A stretch of 64,000 bases of DNA from Ascidiella aspersa (Eukaryota). The number at the start of each line of letters is the position of its first letter. Position 1 is the first letter of the stretch. Below, piece by piece: positions 38,323-51,396 of the stretch. A model generated the notes under the pieces. That model made no database searches, was not told the DNA's origin, and worked only from the letters and a program-made list of their open reading frames with translations. Position numbers and translations under genes: made by a program. The stretch covers positions 26,040,001-26,104,000 of the forward strand of contig OZ004612.1 in the NCBI GenBank assembly GCA_963924565.1, read 5' to 3'.

Positions 38323-39021
38323 TTAATTTGAAGGATTTACACTTTTGTACACCAACTGGCATGAAGTGTGAATTGGAGACAGCTTTAAATCAGGTTTCAA
38401 TCCAGTTTCGGGATCTATAAACTCGGCGTATTTCACTTCCCTCAGCACTTTAAAACCCAGCCGTTGAAAAGCGATTTGAGCGTAAATGGAACTCGGGATA
38501 GCAACCACGTATTCACAACCCTTGTTTCTGGCGTGGATTAATTCTAATTCAAGCATAGTCGTAATTATGCCCTTTGAACGGTATTCGGCCTTGACGCATC
38601 CCATAGAGCCGTACATGTATCGACTGGTGTTCAAGTCAGAGAAAACGTCGCCTGAAAGGAACTTTAGAAATCGCATTTCCGGGGAGTTTTGCTCTATAGA
38701 AGAAATGTGACTGTGTCCTTGAGTGACATCGTGTATCGTGTTCATTATAACAGCAATAAGTTCTCCAGTTCGTTTTTCGAAAGTCCCCAAACTAGCATTG
38801 CTCCTAATTCTCTTTTCAACTGCCACTTCGTCCTCCTTTCCTATGTCTTCTTTTGAGAGTTTAAAGATTTTTCTTGCTGGGTGCTGGTAACTGTAATTGC
38901 TTCCAATAAATTCCTTCACCTTCGACAGATCTTTTACGTTCAAGAGTCTTAATATCAGTCCAGGCAGGAGTTGAACACCTTTATGAAACAGCTGAATTTC
39001 TCCCAAAATTGATTGTGTCAT
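38323..39021 (-). CDS. AANAT-like GNAT paralog
   Basis: Intact ORF; YSYQHPA, GCVKAEYRSKGI, LSPIHTSCQL; an in-frame upstream ATG at 39084 also exists. Confidence 0.9.
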   Translation of the reverse strand: MTQSILGEIQLFHKGVQLLPGLILRLLNVKDLSKVKEFIGSNYSYQHPARKIFKLSKEDIGKEDEVAVEKRIRSNASLGTFEKRTGELIAVIMNTIHDVTQGHSHISSIEQNSPEMRFLKFLSGDVFSDLNTSRYMYGSMGCVKAEYRSKGIITTMLELELIHARNKGCEYVVAIPSSIYAQIAFQRLGFKVLREVKYAEFIDPETGLKPDLKLSPIHTSCQLVYKSVNPSN

Positions 39022-40195
39022 ATTTGTTAGTAGGCTATGTACTATGTCTTTCTTAATATATACTATGCCTGATAGCAACAGCATATTTGTTAACTTAACT
39101 CAATTTGAAACAGTGAATTAACACATTAAAACGTTGCCAATTATTTTAACTCTATTTTCTGGCAACAAACGCGATAAAAAACAACTTTTTTTGACAGACA
39201 TATAGCCTTCACTCAATGATCTCAGCGCATTCGGTATAATTTATCACAAATAAATTGCAATTCAGCTTTTCAAATAATTATTTACCAAGGATCACCGACT
39301 TGACAGTGTTATTAGGAGCCTCAGCGGACAGAAAGTTAACTTAACTTGTTTGCCTCGTTAACGCTTTTGCTGTTTTACTACTAACACGTGTTCGTTGGTG
39401 ACACGTTCTGTCGACATTCGTGCAGTTTAGTTCCGCTTGTTTACATTCCGAGCACTATCTTGTGAAAGGTGGTAGAACTTTTGTCCACACCAGGACAAGT
39501 CAAGTCATTTTGAATAAGTAGCAGTCCCAGTCAAGTCATAATATAGCAATACCGCTACTATAAAATGATAAATGATAAACTCCAACATAGTGCAAGTAAA
39601 ACTTCTTCGTGCAAAACCAGGATAAATAACTCAAATATTTTCGGTCGTCATTCAATTTTATTCCACTTGATAACATTCGGGAAACTATCTTGTGAAAGTT
39701 TGTTGAATGTTCGTCTACACCAGGACTTTCTTTACTATTTGCTTTAGAACTGTTAGGGGGACGTAAATGTTAAAAAACATCGTGGATTGGATGTAACACA
39801 TATTTTAAAACTATCTTTACAATGGACTAGGCCAGTGATTCTCAAACTGGGGTCCGCGAGACAATTTTCTTGGACCGCGAAGCACCTAACAAAAAATCAA
39901 CACGACGCTCCTAAAGAAGAAAATCATTTGTGCAATAAAATTTTCAGGCAACTTACTTTTCCAAACCAACCTTAACCAACGCAATAATATTAACTATGCC
40001 GGACAGAAGAAAGGCCTCCAGACTCATGCTTCCATTCTTCGAGTTGGATTGTGCATTGTGACGTCATAGTGTTGCATCGTGCTAATGAGAATTGTTGCGT
40101 TTTTACAGCTTGCTGCGCTGCCACTGTGGCACTGTACGGTCACGGTTTTTAAACTGTTCGAGATTGCTTCACTCAAATAAAGTGATTCGTAAGAG

Positions 40196-40640
40196 CTGTG
40201 GTCGGCAAACTTTTTTTGTCGCGGCCCAAAGTATCTTCCGAGCTATTGAAGGCCCACTACGTAAAACCACTACGAAACAGTAACGGATTCAGAATACTTG
40301 ATTTAAGGTGAAATATTACACAGCACTTTTAAGCCCAAAACTCTGCCATATCATAATGCAAAACATACTTTGCGCAAAATTTTTTTCAATTACACATACA
40401 AAAAAATAGCAAAAAATATAGTTCGACAGGTTTTTAGGACCACGTTTTGGGCCAAATTAAAAATTCGATGCCACACCAACTTTTAAAATAAAGAATGTAC
40501 TAAAGAATGCAATGAATGTACGGCTATCACACGGCCCACAACTACATGATAACACTGAACTATTTAAATGTAACTCGAGGCCCACTGAAATGGCTCTGCG
40601 GCCCACATTTTGGCCGCGGCCCACAGTTTGCCGACCACTG
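40196..40640. mobile_element. hAT MITE
   Basis: CTGTGGTCGGCAAACT...AGTTTGCCGACCACTG; TSD cgtaagag/cgttagag; same family as 48546-48842. Confidence 0.9.
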
Positions 40641-41751
40641 CGTTAGAGGGTTTACTGTTTCCGTTGAAATTTACATCTTAAAAGCAGAGGCAGCCTGTGA
40701 CGCAGTTTGGAACTCGGCCACTCCCATAATAATCGGCTTACAATGCTAAATACAGTATTAAAAACGTGTTATTTTGTGTTTATTTTTGCCCGAATTAAGT
40801 CAGGCCCATGTTTCTTTGTTGGGATTTCTTTCGGGTTTAAAGTTGATTATTTCCGTATTCTGAGCATTTTAAAGTTTCGGTTAAGCTTTAGTGTTGAATA
40901 ATTGTTTAAAAACCCTTTGGTAAACTATTGTGATATACAATTTACTTTTCCTAATAAATTTAGGGGTTCAAATTGTCACGCTAAATGTTTAAAACTTGTT
41001 TCTTCCAAATTACTAGGTTAACGCTATTTCAACTCAGTGCTTGTGCTTTATTAGTAGATCATCACTGTGTAAAATGCACATATCGTAGGGTGGACTATGT
41101 TTAATAGACACGTCGCTAAACAGCTGTCCAGCAGAAAATCGTGATTAATGACCCGGGCAGCGCCTTTAATAAGCTCACTGTATGTAAATAAATTTTAATT
41201 TCACCAACTTTATCTTCACTAAAGCCGAGAAAAGTCTCCAAACTTTCGGAAGATTTGTTATCATTAGTTTGCCATCATGGACAACATCATGCTGCCAATA
41301 GTGGAACACATATATTTCAGGGTTAAGTTTTGTTTCATTTGTTTTCGAGTTTAATATGATATCAAGAGTTTGTTTGCCAGATTATTATTTTATTAGTGAA
41401 GGGTTTTAGAGTTTGAACAAAGGTTAGAAATGGTAAAATAAATAGGCACAATTTTAAACTGGATGATGTATCGTATTGCTGATTAAGCTTAAAATCGCTT
41501 TACAAATTAAACTGTAAACTGTAGATTGTACATAAAATCTGACGTTAAACATACATCTCCATTTTTCAAAAATACATATTTTGTTGTAAATGTGAAAATG
41601 TGATTTGTTTGCAGACCATTAACTTTTGAAGGCGTGGCTCCTCTCGTTTGCATATTTCTTTGATAAGTGAAGTCAGGTGCATTTGTTTTTCTATATTTCT
41701 TGCCAACATTTGTATAACAGTGTATTGCTTTGTCCAGTTTTATTGCTAACT

Positions 41752-42471
41752 ATGGCGCAACCAAGTTTGGAAACTAATGAAGGAGTAGAAATCCTACCAG
41801 GAATGAAGTATAGAATGTTGAACGAAATGGATTTACCCGAAATTAACGACATCGTTGCAGATAATTACAGTTATCAACACCCGATCAGGCAAACATTCAA
41901 TCTATCAAAGGAAGACATCGGAGACAAGGACATCGTGGGAGTTAAACAAATGCTGGCGAGCAAATCTTGTTTTGGAACTTTCCACAAACAAACTGGTCAG
42001 CTTGTTGCTTTTGCAACGAAGTCTGTTCACGACAAATCGAAAGGGGACACCATTCATGCCGCCAGAGAGCGAAACGTTTCAGTGGCGAGATTTTTAAAGT
42101 TTCTGTCAGGTGACGTATTTTCCGAACTAAACACCAACCGATACTTGTACTGGTCCACGGCTTGTGTGAAAGAAGAATACCGTTCCCAAGGGATTATAAC
42201 GGCTATGATTGATTTCGAATTGAAGCACGCCGGAAATAAAGGATGCCAATACGTTGTTGCCATTGCCAGTTCTATATATGCACAAAAGGCTTTGAGACGC
42301 CAAGGCTTCAAAGCTTTGAGGGAGGTGAAATATGCCGACTACGTCGACCCTAAAACTGGGATGAAGCCGGAATTAAGCTTGTCTCCAATCCACACTTCGT
42401 GTCAGTTGGTGTACAAAGCTATACAGCCATTAGAAGCCGTAATACATAGTATTGTAAACAAGCCATTTTGA
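41752..42471 (+). CDS. AANAT-like GNAT paralog
   Basis: Intact ORF; YSYQHPI, CVKEEYRSQGI, LSPIHTSCQL; last codons overlap a MITE end. Confidence 0.9.
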   Translation: MAQPSLETNEGVEILPGMKYRMLNEMDLPEINDIVADNYSYQHPIRQTFNLSKEDIGDKDIVGVKQMLASKSCFGTFHKQTGQLVAFATKSVHDKSKGDTIHAARERNVSVARFLKFLSGDVFSELNTNRYLYWSTACVKEEYRSQGIITAMIDFELKHAGNKGCQYVVAIASSIYAQKALRRQGFKALREVKYADYVDPKTGMKPELSLSPIHTSCQLVYKAIQPLEAVIHSIVNKPF

Positions 42472-42891
42472 ATGACTCCTATTCCCAGTAAAGTCATTTG
42501 TAAAATAACTTAAGTCCAAGAAAAAAAAAATTTAACCTACCTTAAGTTCAATTCAAGCCTTTTTTAAATAAATTTAATCAAAGTCAAGTCATTTTAAATA
42601 AATAGCAAGCGTGAATTTCAAGTCAAGTCCTTGTCATAACAATTTAACGTTAAACTATTAAAATTGGTTAATTAGACCGATTATGCGCAACACTCTCTAC
42701 TAAAATAATACAAAACCTTAACATATTGCAAGCAAGATCTTGTACGTACAAAACTTAAGATAAATGAAAGAAAAACGCTTTATTTCAACCCTTGTAATTT
42801 GTCCAAAAGACTTAAGTCAAGTCAAGTCATTCGTCCACAACACTTAAGTCAAAAACTTGAGTTCACTTAAGTCAATGTCATTGCAACACTG
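42447..42891 (-). mobile_element. GACTT-family MITE, inverted relative to 5131-5641
   Basis: TAGTATTGTAAACAAGCCATTTTGAA matches reverse complement of the 5641 end; right end TTGCAACACTG; AAGTC motifs. Confidence 0.75.
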
Positions 42892-43544
42892 GTATAACTT
42901 TCTTGCAATATGAGGTAGACGTTTGTTTTTGGACAGTCTTAAAGCGCTATGTACATAATTGATATTATAAGTGTTTGTCCAGTTCTAAATATGGAATACG
43001 ACGTCACAATTACAATACAATTTGTCTGTCACCTGATTTTTTACAGTGCTACCTGATTTTTAAATGAGGATAATAATTGTTAGGCCACTGTCTATTTAAA
43101 CTACAGATGTTTCACGGGTTTCGAACTTGATATTTTATCACTTAAGGGTTGCGATTACAGAGTATGTTCGGTTGCACTTTACAAGAACTGAGGACGGTGA
43201 ATTATATGGGCAGAATTTTTGGACATATATTGTTTTTGCCGTTTTTATTTTTTGGTTTGCTTGGTATGTTTCAGGCCTATTTATGTCCGCAGCTGTATAG
43301 AAAACATGGCGTAGAGTATTATGCAGGTGCATATAATAGGTTTAGTGCACCTTTAGGAACCTTTGGGTGGGGGACAAAACCCTAAAATAGTGTGACGCCA
43401 TCGTTTTAGTTCTTTATAGCTATTTACTCCTATCTAGCGGTGGCAATATTTCCTATGCAAGTTTGGTTAATATTCGCGTGTTTGTTCTGCTGGCGAAGCG
43501 ACAAAGCGACCAACACCATGCTGCGCGTTTTATAGTCACTGGGA

Positions 43545-44560
43545 ATTGAACCGCGTATGCGGAAATACTTTACCGCCGCAAATTTAAATGCGAAATCTGA
43601 AGACACCTTTTTCGCATATTGGTCCAACCAAACATATCAACAGCAGACATGCAAACCTTAAAATTGCACAAGAACCGCAGCAAGCAAAGTACTAAAGTTG
43701 AATGCATTTTTAGGGATGACGTTACAAAGTTACGTCATGACATGGCGTTGTGGGTTTTAAGCACAATGAAAGAATGTTTATTGCACATAAACAAACAAAC
43801 GACAAACAGTACTTACACAGGTACTTACGATACATACAATAAATTACCTCCGTATAACGTACGCGATCTGGACTCCACAATGAACAGTATGCAAGACTGT
43901 TGTTTTTGGTATAAAATGAAATCCCTTATATACAGCATTCCAGCTGGCGGTAATTGAATATCGTGACAATGCGGTTCGGCGACGCAGCAAAAACAGGAAA
44001 TTTCGGAAACACTATCAGCAAAATGCTGTCAAATTAATGAATACACACAGCAGGCTGGCGAGGCGACGACACAGTCTACCAGGCTGTTTCAATTGAATGA
44101 CCGGAGTTTCAACTCGGTAACAATATGGAGCGCAAACGCTACAGCGTCATAAAAAAATATATCTTGAAAACACTGCGTTTATTTTGTTTAAATTGGCAAA
44201 ACTTTCGATTTAAAAGATGGCGTACTAGGCAGGTAAAAGGTTTTGCATAATGCAACAGATTTAAAGTCTGATTTAACAGTGATTGCATCCACTAAGGCAT
44301 GGTAAAAATTTACAGGGTAAAAGTTGGCAAAAGTATAGCAAACCATAGGCGTTAACCCGTTTAAGAGAATGATTATATTTTATTTTTAAACATGTTAGCT
44401 GGCCAAAATTTAATAACATGGTCGTATGCACGATCTACATCAGTGGTGGCACGTGAAAATGATTTTTAAGGGCACGCCAAAGGGCACGCCACAAGTGGCA
44501 CGCGAAATGATTTGACACGCACGAACAAAGTGTAACCATTACATCACTAATACATCATTA
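43545..44560 (-). repeat. Inverted partial copy of the 1.25-kb satellite unit, interrupted by a solo LTR
   Basis: 43560-43748 and 44144-44440 are reverse complements of the 47150-47640 part of the unit. Confidence 0.85.
43749..44143 (-). mobile_element. Solo LTR (395 bp)
   Basis: TGTGGGTTT...AAACGCTACA; 4-bp TSD GCGT; empty site in satellite units; minus-strand TATATAAG (~43930) and AATAAA (~43780). Confidence 0.8.
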
Positions 44561-44709
44561 ACATTGTTATTATACCACTAATTTCTATTTGCAGTGTTCG
44601 TGTTACAAATAAGTGTCTTAACTGTTGTATTCTATTTTTTAGACACTATTTTTGTGGGTTTTACAGTACACAGTTTTTACTTTTAGTTGAAATAAAAAAA
44701 ATTTTGAGA

Positions 44710-45045
44710 TCGTACGTGAGCTCAAATAACTGATTAAGGCCGTTTTTTGTCCGTACGTATATCTCGGACCAATCTGGGCGTTTATTTGTCCTTTGGTCAT
44801 ACGTAGCTTAAAATAAAATTAATTTGGGCTCATTTTTGTCCGTACGTAGCTCGAATAAAACTAATTTGCGCATTTTTTTGCTGTAGATAGCTTGGAAAAA
44901 ACTAATTTTCGCATGATTTTGTCCCTACGTAGCTTCCATGAAATTAACGTGGGCACATTTTTGGTCGGACGTAGCTCAAATAAAACTAATTTGGACAATT
45001 TTGTCCTTACATATTAGCTCAGATAAAACTAATTTAGGCACTTTT
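44710..45045. repeat. Degenerate ~42-bp minisatellite, ~8 copies
   Basis: GTCCGTACGTAGCTCGAATAAAACTAATTTG-like units. Confidence 0.75.
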
Positions 45046-45176
45046 TCGAAAGTTTGGTAATGCAAAAATGGGGTGCTTAGGATATTATATTTAATAATCC
45101 TCGCTTAGGATATTATATTTTATCTCGCTTAGGATATTATATTTAATAATCCTCGCAAAGTAGTCATCATGTAGAC

Positions 45177-46182
45177 CAGGGGTCCGTAAATACTTTTTGG
45201 TGCGACCCAAAATTACTAGTACCGAGGTCTCGCGACCCAAATACTTTGAGCTGCTTTTAAAAAATAGCTTTGGTAAAAAAAACACAGTAACCTAATTGTG
45301 TTTCTAAGACAATCTGTGTTATGTGTTTTGTTCATTTTCAAAGAGAAAGGGTTCTGTAACGCAACCGAAAAGTAGCGTTGAGTTTTACTACTTGTGATGT
45401 CTCATTCGGATGACAAAAATAATTTATCAACCATAATGTGTTCCTGGGGTTGCTTAGTGCAATAATTACTGGTAAGTCTTTTGGCGCAGCTTAGTAAAAC
45501 TGCCCAAGGTCTCGCAATACTTTTAGGAAACTCAACATTATAAGCTTAACATTATAAGTCGCGGATCTAAGGATTTTTCAGGGGACAATATAAACATGCG
45601 TCGGCAACCTTTACCTAGAGTAGCGGGCAAAAACAAAGCAAGTTCTCGGCGGACCGTATTAAATTTCAACTCATAATTTTGTTATAAAACGCGTAGCCCT
45701 TAGGCACTTATATAATAACTCTCAATCAGGGGCGGACCTGAAGGTTTGGCGCGAACACTTTGTGCATTTTTATATAATTAAAAACATTGGACATGGCCTT
45801 GTCTACAGTTTTTGCGTGCGGGGTGATTTTCACTGGATCCGGCCCACGGGCAGTGGGTTGCCGACCTCTGTTTTAAGACATGGTGCCACAAGATTAAACC
45901 AAAACGCGACATCTTAACACAAGGACCTTATACACCCTGCTTTGTCCAGCCTAACTGGATGTGGCGAGCGCAACCAGATTTCCTGCATCTGGTTTTGGTT
46001 AGAAAAACTTTTCTTCCAAAAAGTTGGACGACGCTTGACCAAATAAAATATATATTTCCGCAAACATAAAGATTCCGGTAAAGCGTGCTATAATACAAAA
46101 TATGTTCAGGCTTTCGCGACCCAAACTGAATGTGCCTGCTGCGACCCAAATTGGGGTCGCGACCCTTATTTGCGGAGCCCTG
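45177..46182. mobile_element. ~1-kb non-autonomous hAT element with nested pieces
   Basis: CAGGGGTCCGTAAATA...TATTTGCGGAGCCCTG; perfect TSD atgtagac; CGACCC subterminal motifs. Confidence 0.85.
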
Positions 46183-46729
46183 ATGTAGACGACTGGAGAT
46201 CGAATTTCTGGTGAACCCTAAGAGACACGGGGGGCACGGGGGGCATCTTAACACAAGGACCTTACACACCCTGCTTTGTCCTGCCTAACTGCTGAATGCG
46301 CCAATCGCAACCAGATTTCCTGCATCTGGTTTTGGTTAGAAAAACTTTTCTTCCAAAAAGTTGGACGACGCTTGACCAAATAAAATATATATTTACGCAA
46401 ACATAAAGATTTGGGTAAAGCGTCTTATAATAGCTCGTTTATATCGTTAACGTTCGTGAAAAACTGCATAACCTGGTTAAGCAACATAAGTATTTATCTA
46501 ATCTAAGTTTGCATATTTTAAATCTAAGAGAATAACGTGCTCACGACGCTTTATTACACAAAACGAACTAAAAAGTTGTGACAAAGAGTTTCTTAAAACA
46601 CATGCTAGGAAGTAAACCCATATTCCGGCTCAGCAGATAAGTTTGGTGTTTCGTGAATGGCCTATAAAAGCCCTAAATAGTGTTGGATTGCAAAAAATAG
46701 TGTTTGAATTGCCTAAATAGTGTTGGATT

Positions 46730-49700
46730 TTCAAAATAATATCATTTGATTCTTTAAAACCAATTTTCAGTTATTTCCAACCAAACATTAAAAAACGATT
46801 TGTATTTTTTAATTGCATCAATAATAATAGTATAGCGCCAATATAATTGAGGTAAACACTTACCGGTATGTAAGGAGCATCGCTTTCCGCTTAAAGACAG
46901 GAAGCTTAGATTGAAAACGCATTCGGGAGTTGCTATCAGCCTCGCGTTAAGCATCTGCGTTCAGTACAAAAGCACACGCTGTTTACGTTTTATTCTCATC
47001 ACTAGCACACTCCGTAGAATTTATGTAAATGTAGATTGTGCACACGGCCATGTTATTAATGGTTACACTTTGTTCGTGCGTGTTAAATCATTTGGCGTGT
47101 CCTGAAATATCATCTCGCTTGTGGCACGCGCACGCTTGCCAGGGGTTGCCGACCACTGATGTAGATCGTGCATACGGCCATGTTATTGAATTCTGGACAG
47201 CTAACATGTTTAAAAATAAAATATAATCATTCTCTCATATGGGTTAACGCCTATGGTTTGCTATACTTTTGCCAGCTTTTTTTCAATTTTACCATGCCTT
47301 AGTCGGTGCAATCACTGTTAAATCAGACTTTTAATCTGTTGTTGCGAGCATTATGCAAAACTCTTTTACCTGTCTAGTACGCCAATTTTGAATTCGAAAG
47401 TTTTGCCAATTTGAACAAAATAAACGCAGTGTTTTTAAGATTTAATTTTTCATGGCGCCATGTCATGACGTAACTTTGTAACGTCATCCCTAATGATGCA
47501 TTCAACTTTAGTACTTTGCTCGCTGCGGTTCTTATACAGTTTTAAGTTTTGCAGGTCTGCTGTTGATATGTTTGGTTGGACCAATATGCGAAACAGGTGC
47601 CTCCAGATTTCGCACTTAAATTTGCGGCGGTGAAGTATTCGTTTTTGTAAGATTTTCCTAACAAAACCTCTTTCTAAAAGGCAAGTCGCATACACGTTTT
47701 AAGAAAAGGTTCTTAAAAATGTATCTAATCGGCATTTCTGATATTTTGGACCAATAAAGCAGGTATCGTATGTCTTCTTTGTTTTTAATTCCAGCCGACC
47801 CAGGTCATGGTAAACTCGAAAGCATTTTAGAGGCCCTCAAAAAAAACATTTGAGAACCCCTGGCTTAAGTGTAGCTCTCAAGTCATGGTGTAATCCCACA
47901 AAAAATGGTTTTGAGATTAATACGAGTAATATTAAACAAGCGAAGTGGAAATAAGTTTTTTCTTATTCAAAATAATATCATTTGATTTTTTTTAAACTAA
48001 TATTAAGTTATTTTCAACCAAACATTAAAACAACGATTTGTTTTTTTTAATTGCATCAATAATAATAGTATAGCGCCAATATAATTGAGGTAAACACTTC
48101 CCGGTATATAAGGAGCATCGCTTTCCGCTTAAAGACAGGAAGCTTAGATTGAAAACGCATTCGGGAGTTGCTATCAGCCTCGCGTTAAGCATCTGCGTTC
48201 AGTACAAAAGCACACGCTGTTTACCTTTTATTCTCATCACTAGCACACTCCGTAGAATATATGTAATTGTAGATCGTGCATACGGCCATGTTATTAATGG
48301 TAACACTTTGTTCGTGCGTGTTGAATCATTTGGCGTGCCCTAAAAAATCATCATCTCGCTTGTGGCACGCGCATGCTTGCCAGGGGTTGCCGACCACTGA
48401 TGTAGATCGTGCATACGGCCATGTTATTGAATTCTGGACAGCTAACATGTTTAAAAATCAAATATACTCATTCTCTCAAATGGGTTAACGCCTATGGTTT
48501 GCTATACTTTTGCCAGCTTTTTTTCAATTTTACCATGCCTTAGTCCAGTGGTCGGCAAACTTTTTTTGTCTCGGTCCTAAGTACTTTTTCGAGAGCCATT
48601 GAAGGCCCACTAAGCAAAACCTCTACGAAACAGTTGCGGATTTAGGATATTTAATTTGAAGGTCAAATATTACACAGCGCCTTGATGGCCGAAACACTAC
48701 CAGGCCATAATGTAAAACCTACAATAAAACGAAGGCCCACAACTACATGATAACACTAAACTATTCAAAAGTAACTCGCGGCCCACTAAAAATGACTCTG
48801 CGGCCCACATTTGGGCCGCGGCCCACAGTTTGCCGACCACTGCCTTAGTCGATACAATCACTGTTAAATCAGACTTTTAATCTGTTGTTGCGAGCATTAT
48901 GCAAAACTCTTTTACCTGCCTAGTACGACATCTTCAAAATCGAAATTTTGCCAATTTGAACAAAATAGACGCAGTGTTTTTAAGATTTAATTTTTCATGG
49001 CGCCATGTTTTGACGAAACTTTGTGACGTCATCCCTAATAATGCATTCAACTTTAGTACTTTGCTTGCTGCGGTTCTTGTGCTGTTTTAAGTTGTGCAGG
49101 TCTGCTGTTGATAAGTTTGGTTGGACCAATATGCGAAACAGGTGCCTCCAGATTTTGCACTTAAATTTGCGGCGGTAAAGTGTTCGTTTTTGTAAGATTT
49201 TCCTAACAAAACCTCTTTCTGAAAGGCAAGTCGCATACAAGTTTTAAGAAAAGGTTCTTAAAAAATGTATCTAATCGGCATTTCTGATATTTTGGACCAA
49301 TAAAGCAGGTATCGTATGCCTTCTTTGTTTTTAATTCCTGCCGACTCGGGTCATCGTAAACTCGAAAGCATTTTAGGGGCCCTCAAACAAAATGTTTAAG
49401 AAGCCCTTGCTTAAGTGTAGCGCTCTTTTTTTTTAGTTATTCCCAACCAAACATTAAAAAAAACGATTTTTTTTTAAGTGCATCAATAATAATAGCATAG
49501 CGCCAATATAATTGAGGTAAACACTTCCCGGTATATAAGGAGCATCGCTTTCCGCTTAAAGACAGGAAGCTTAGATTGAAAACGCATTCTGGAGTTGCTA
49601 TTAGCTTCGCGTTAAGCATCTGCGTTCAATACAAAAGCACACGCTGTTCACTTTTTATTCTCATCACTAGCACACTCCGTAGAATTTATGTAAATGTAGA

Positions 49701-50935
49701 TCGTGCATACGGCCACGTTATTAATGGTTACACTTTGTTCGTGCGTGTTAAATCATTTGGCGTGCCCTGAAAAATCATCTCGCTTGTGGCACGCGCACGC
49801 TTGCCAGGGGTTGCCGACCACTGATGTAGATCGTGCATACGGCCATGTTATTGAATTCTGGACAGCTAACATGTTTAAAAATAAAATATAATCATTCTCT
49901 CAAATGGGTTAACACCTATGGTTTGCTATACTTTTGCCAGCTTTTACTCGTAAATTTTTACCATGCCTTAGTCGGTGCAATCACTGTTAAACCGGACTTT
50001 TAATCTGTTGTTGCGAGCATTATGCAAAACTCTTTTACCTGTCTAGTACGCCAATTTTGAATTCGAAAGTTTTGCCAATTTGAACAAAATAAACGCAGTG
50101 TTTTTAAGATTTAATTTTTCATGGCGCCATGTCATGACGTAACTTTGTAACGTCATCCCTAATGATGCATTCAACATTAGTACTTTGCTTGCTGCGGTTC
50201 TTGTACTGTTTTAAGTTGTGCAGGTCTGCTGTTGATATGTTTGGTTGGACCAATATGCGAAACAGGTGCCTCCAGATTTCGCACTTAAATTTGCGGCGGT
50301 AAAGTATTCGTTTTTTGTAAGATTTTCCTAACAAAAACACCTTTCTGAAAGGCAAGTCGCATTCGCGGTTTAATTCTCCAAGTCGCATACGCGTTTTAAG
50401 AAAAGGTTCTTAAAAATTGTATCTAATCGGCATTTCTGATATTTTGGACCAATAAAGCAGGTATCGTATGCCTTCTTTGTTTTTAATTCCTTCCGACTCG
50501 GGTCATCGTAAACTCGAAAGCATTTTAGGGGCCATCAAACAAAATATTTAAGAACCCCTGGCTTAAGTGTAGCGCTCAAGTCATGGTGTTATCCCACAAA
50601 AAATGGTTTTGAGATTAATACGAGTAATATTAAACAAGCAGAGTGGAAATAAGTTTTTTCTTATTCAAATTAATATCGTTTGATTTTTTAAACCCAATAT
50701 TTATTTATTTTAACCAAACATTGAAAAAACGATTTGTTTTTTTTTTAAGTGCATCAATAATAACAGAATAACGCCGATATAATTGAGGTAAACACTTCCC
50801 GGTATATAAGGAGCATCGCTTTCCGCTTAAAGACAGGAAGCTTAGATTGGAAACGCATTCGGGAGTTGCTATCAGCCTCGCGTTATGTATCTGCGTTCAA
50901 TTAAAAATCACGCTGTTTACATTTTGCTCTCATCA
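46730..50935. repeat. Tandem array, ~1.25-kb unit x ~3.2
   Basis: Marker GAGGTAAACACTT at ~46849, 48087, 49514, 50785. Confidence 0.95.
48546..48842. mobile_element. Young hAT MITE in one satellite unit
   Basis: Perfect TIR CAGTGGTCGGCAAACT and perfect TSD ccttagtc; absent from sister units. Confidence 0.95.
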
Positions 50936-51396
50936 GTAAAATAATGGCTGTTTATCAACTCAGCTGTGATAGAACAAACAGTACACAATGGCATACAGTA
51001 AGGTAGTTCTCTTAATTCAACACAGGGCATGCCAGTTATTGAATAAAAATGGTTTTATTTTGTGAATTCTAATACTTTCACCTTATATCTTTCTATTGGC
51101 TTTTGTGTAAAGAATCACAAGCTTTTCAAATATTTTATGGTTATATTGTTACAATGCACACATCACATATATTGAATATAAAGGCTACAACTAATAAAAT
51201 TCAAACGACAACATTTACAGCAAGCTCACTGATAAACAGAAACATAAGGCTATGGTGATTATATATGACATAAATTAACATGAAGATTTTCTAGATTTAA
51301 AAGTATGTGAGGGGTAATGCAGTCAGCTTTTGTGTGTTTATATGTTCTTCCCAGTTCAAATGACCCACAATTGCTATATCTTTTGTATTTCTGAAC

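Noticed and set aside
21474-42471. Bacterial origin or contamination of the intronless GNATs
   Set aside because: Embedded among eukaryotic transposons and spliced genes, no operon structure, motifs fit a metazoan family
46840-46960. snRNA or SL RNA gene in the satellite unit (TATA followed by ATCGCTT)
   Set aside because: Similarity to the U2 5' end stops after 7 nt; no Sm site or recognisable leader
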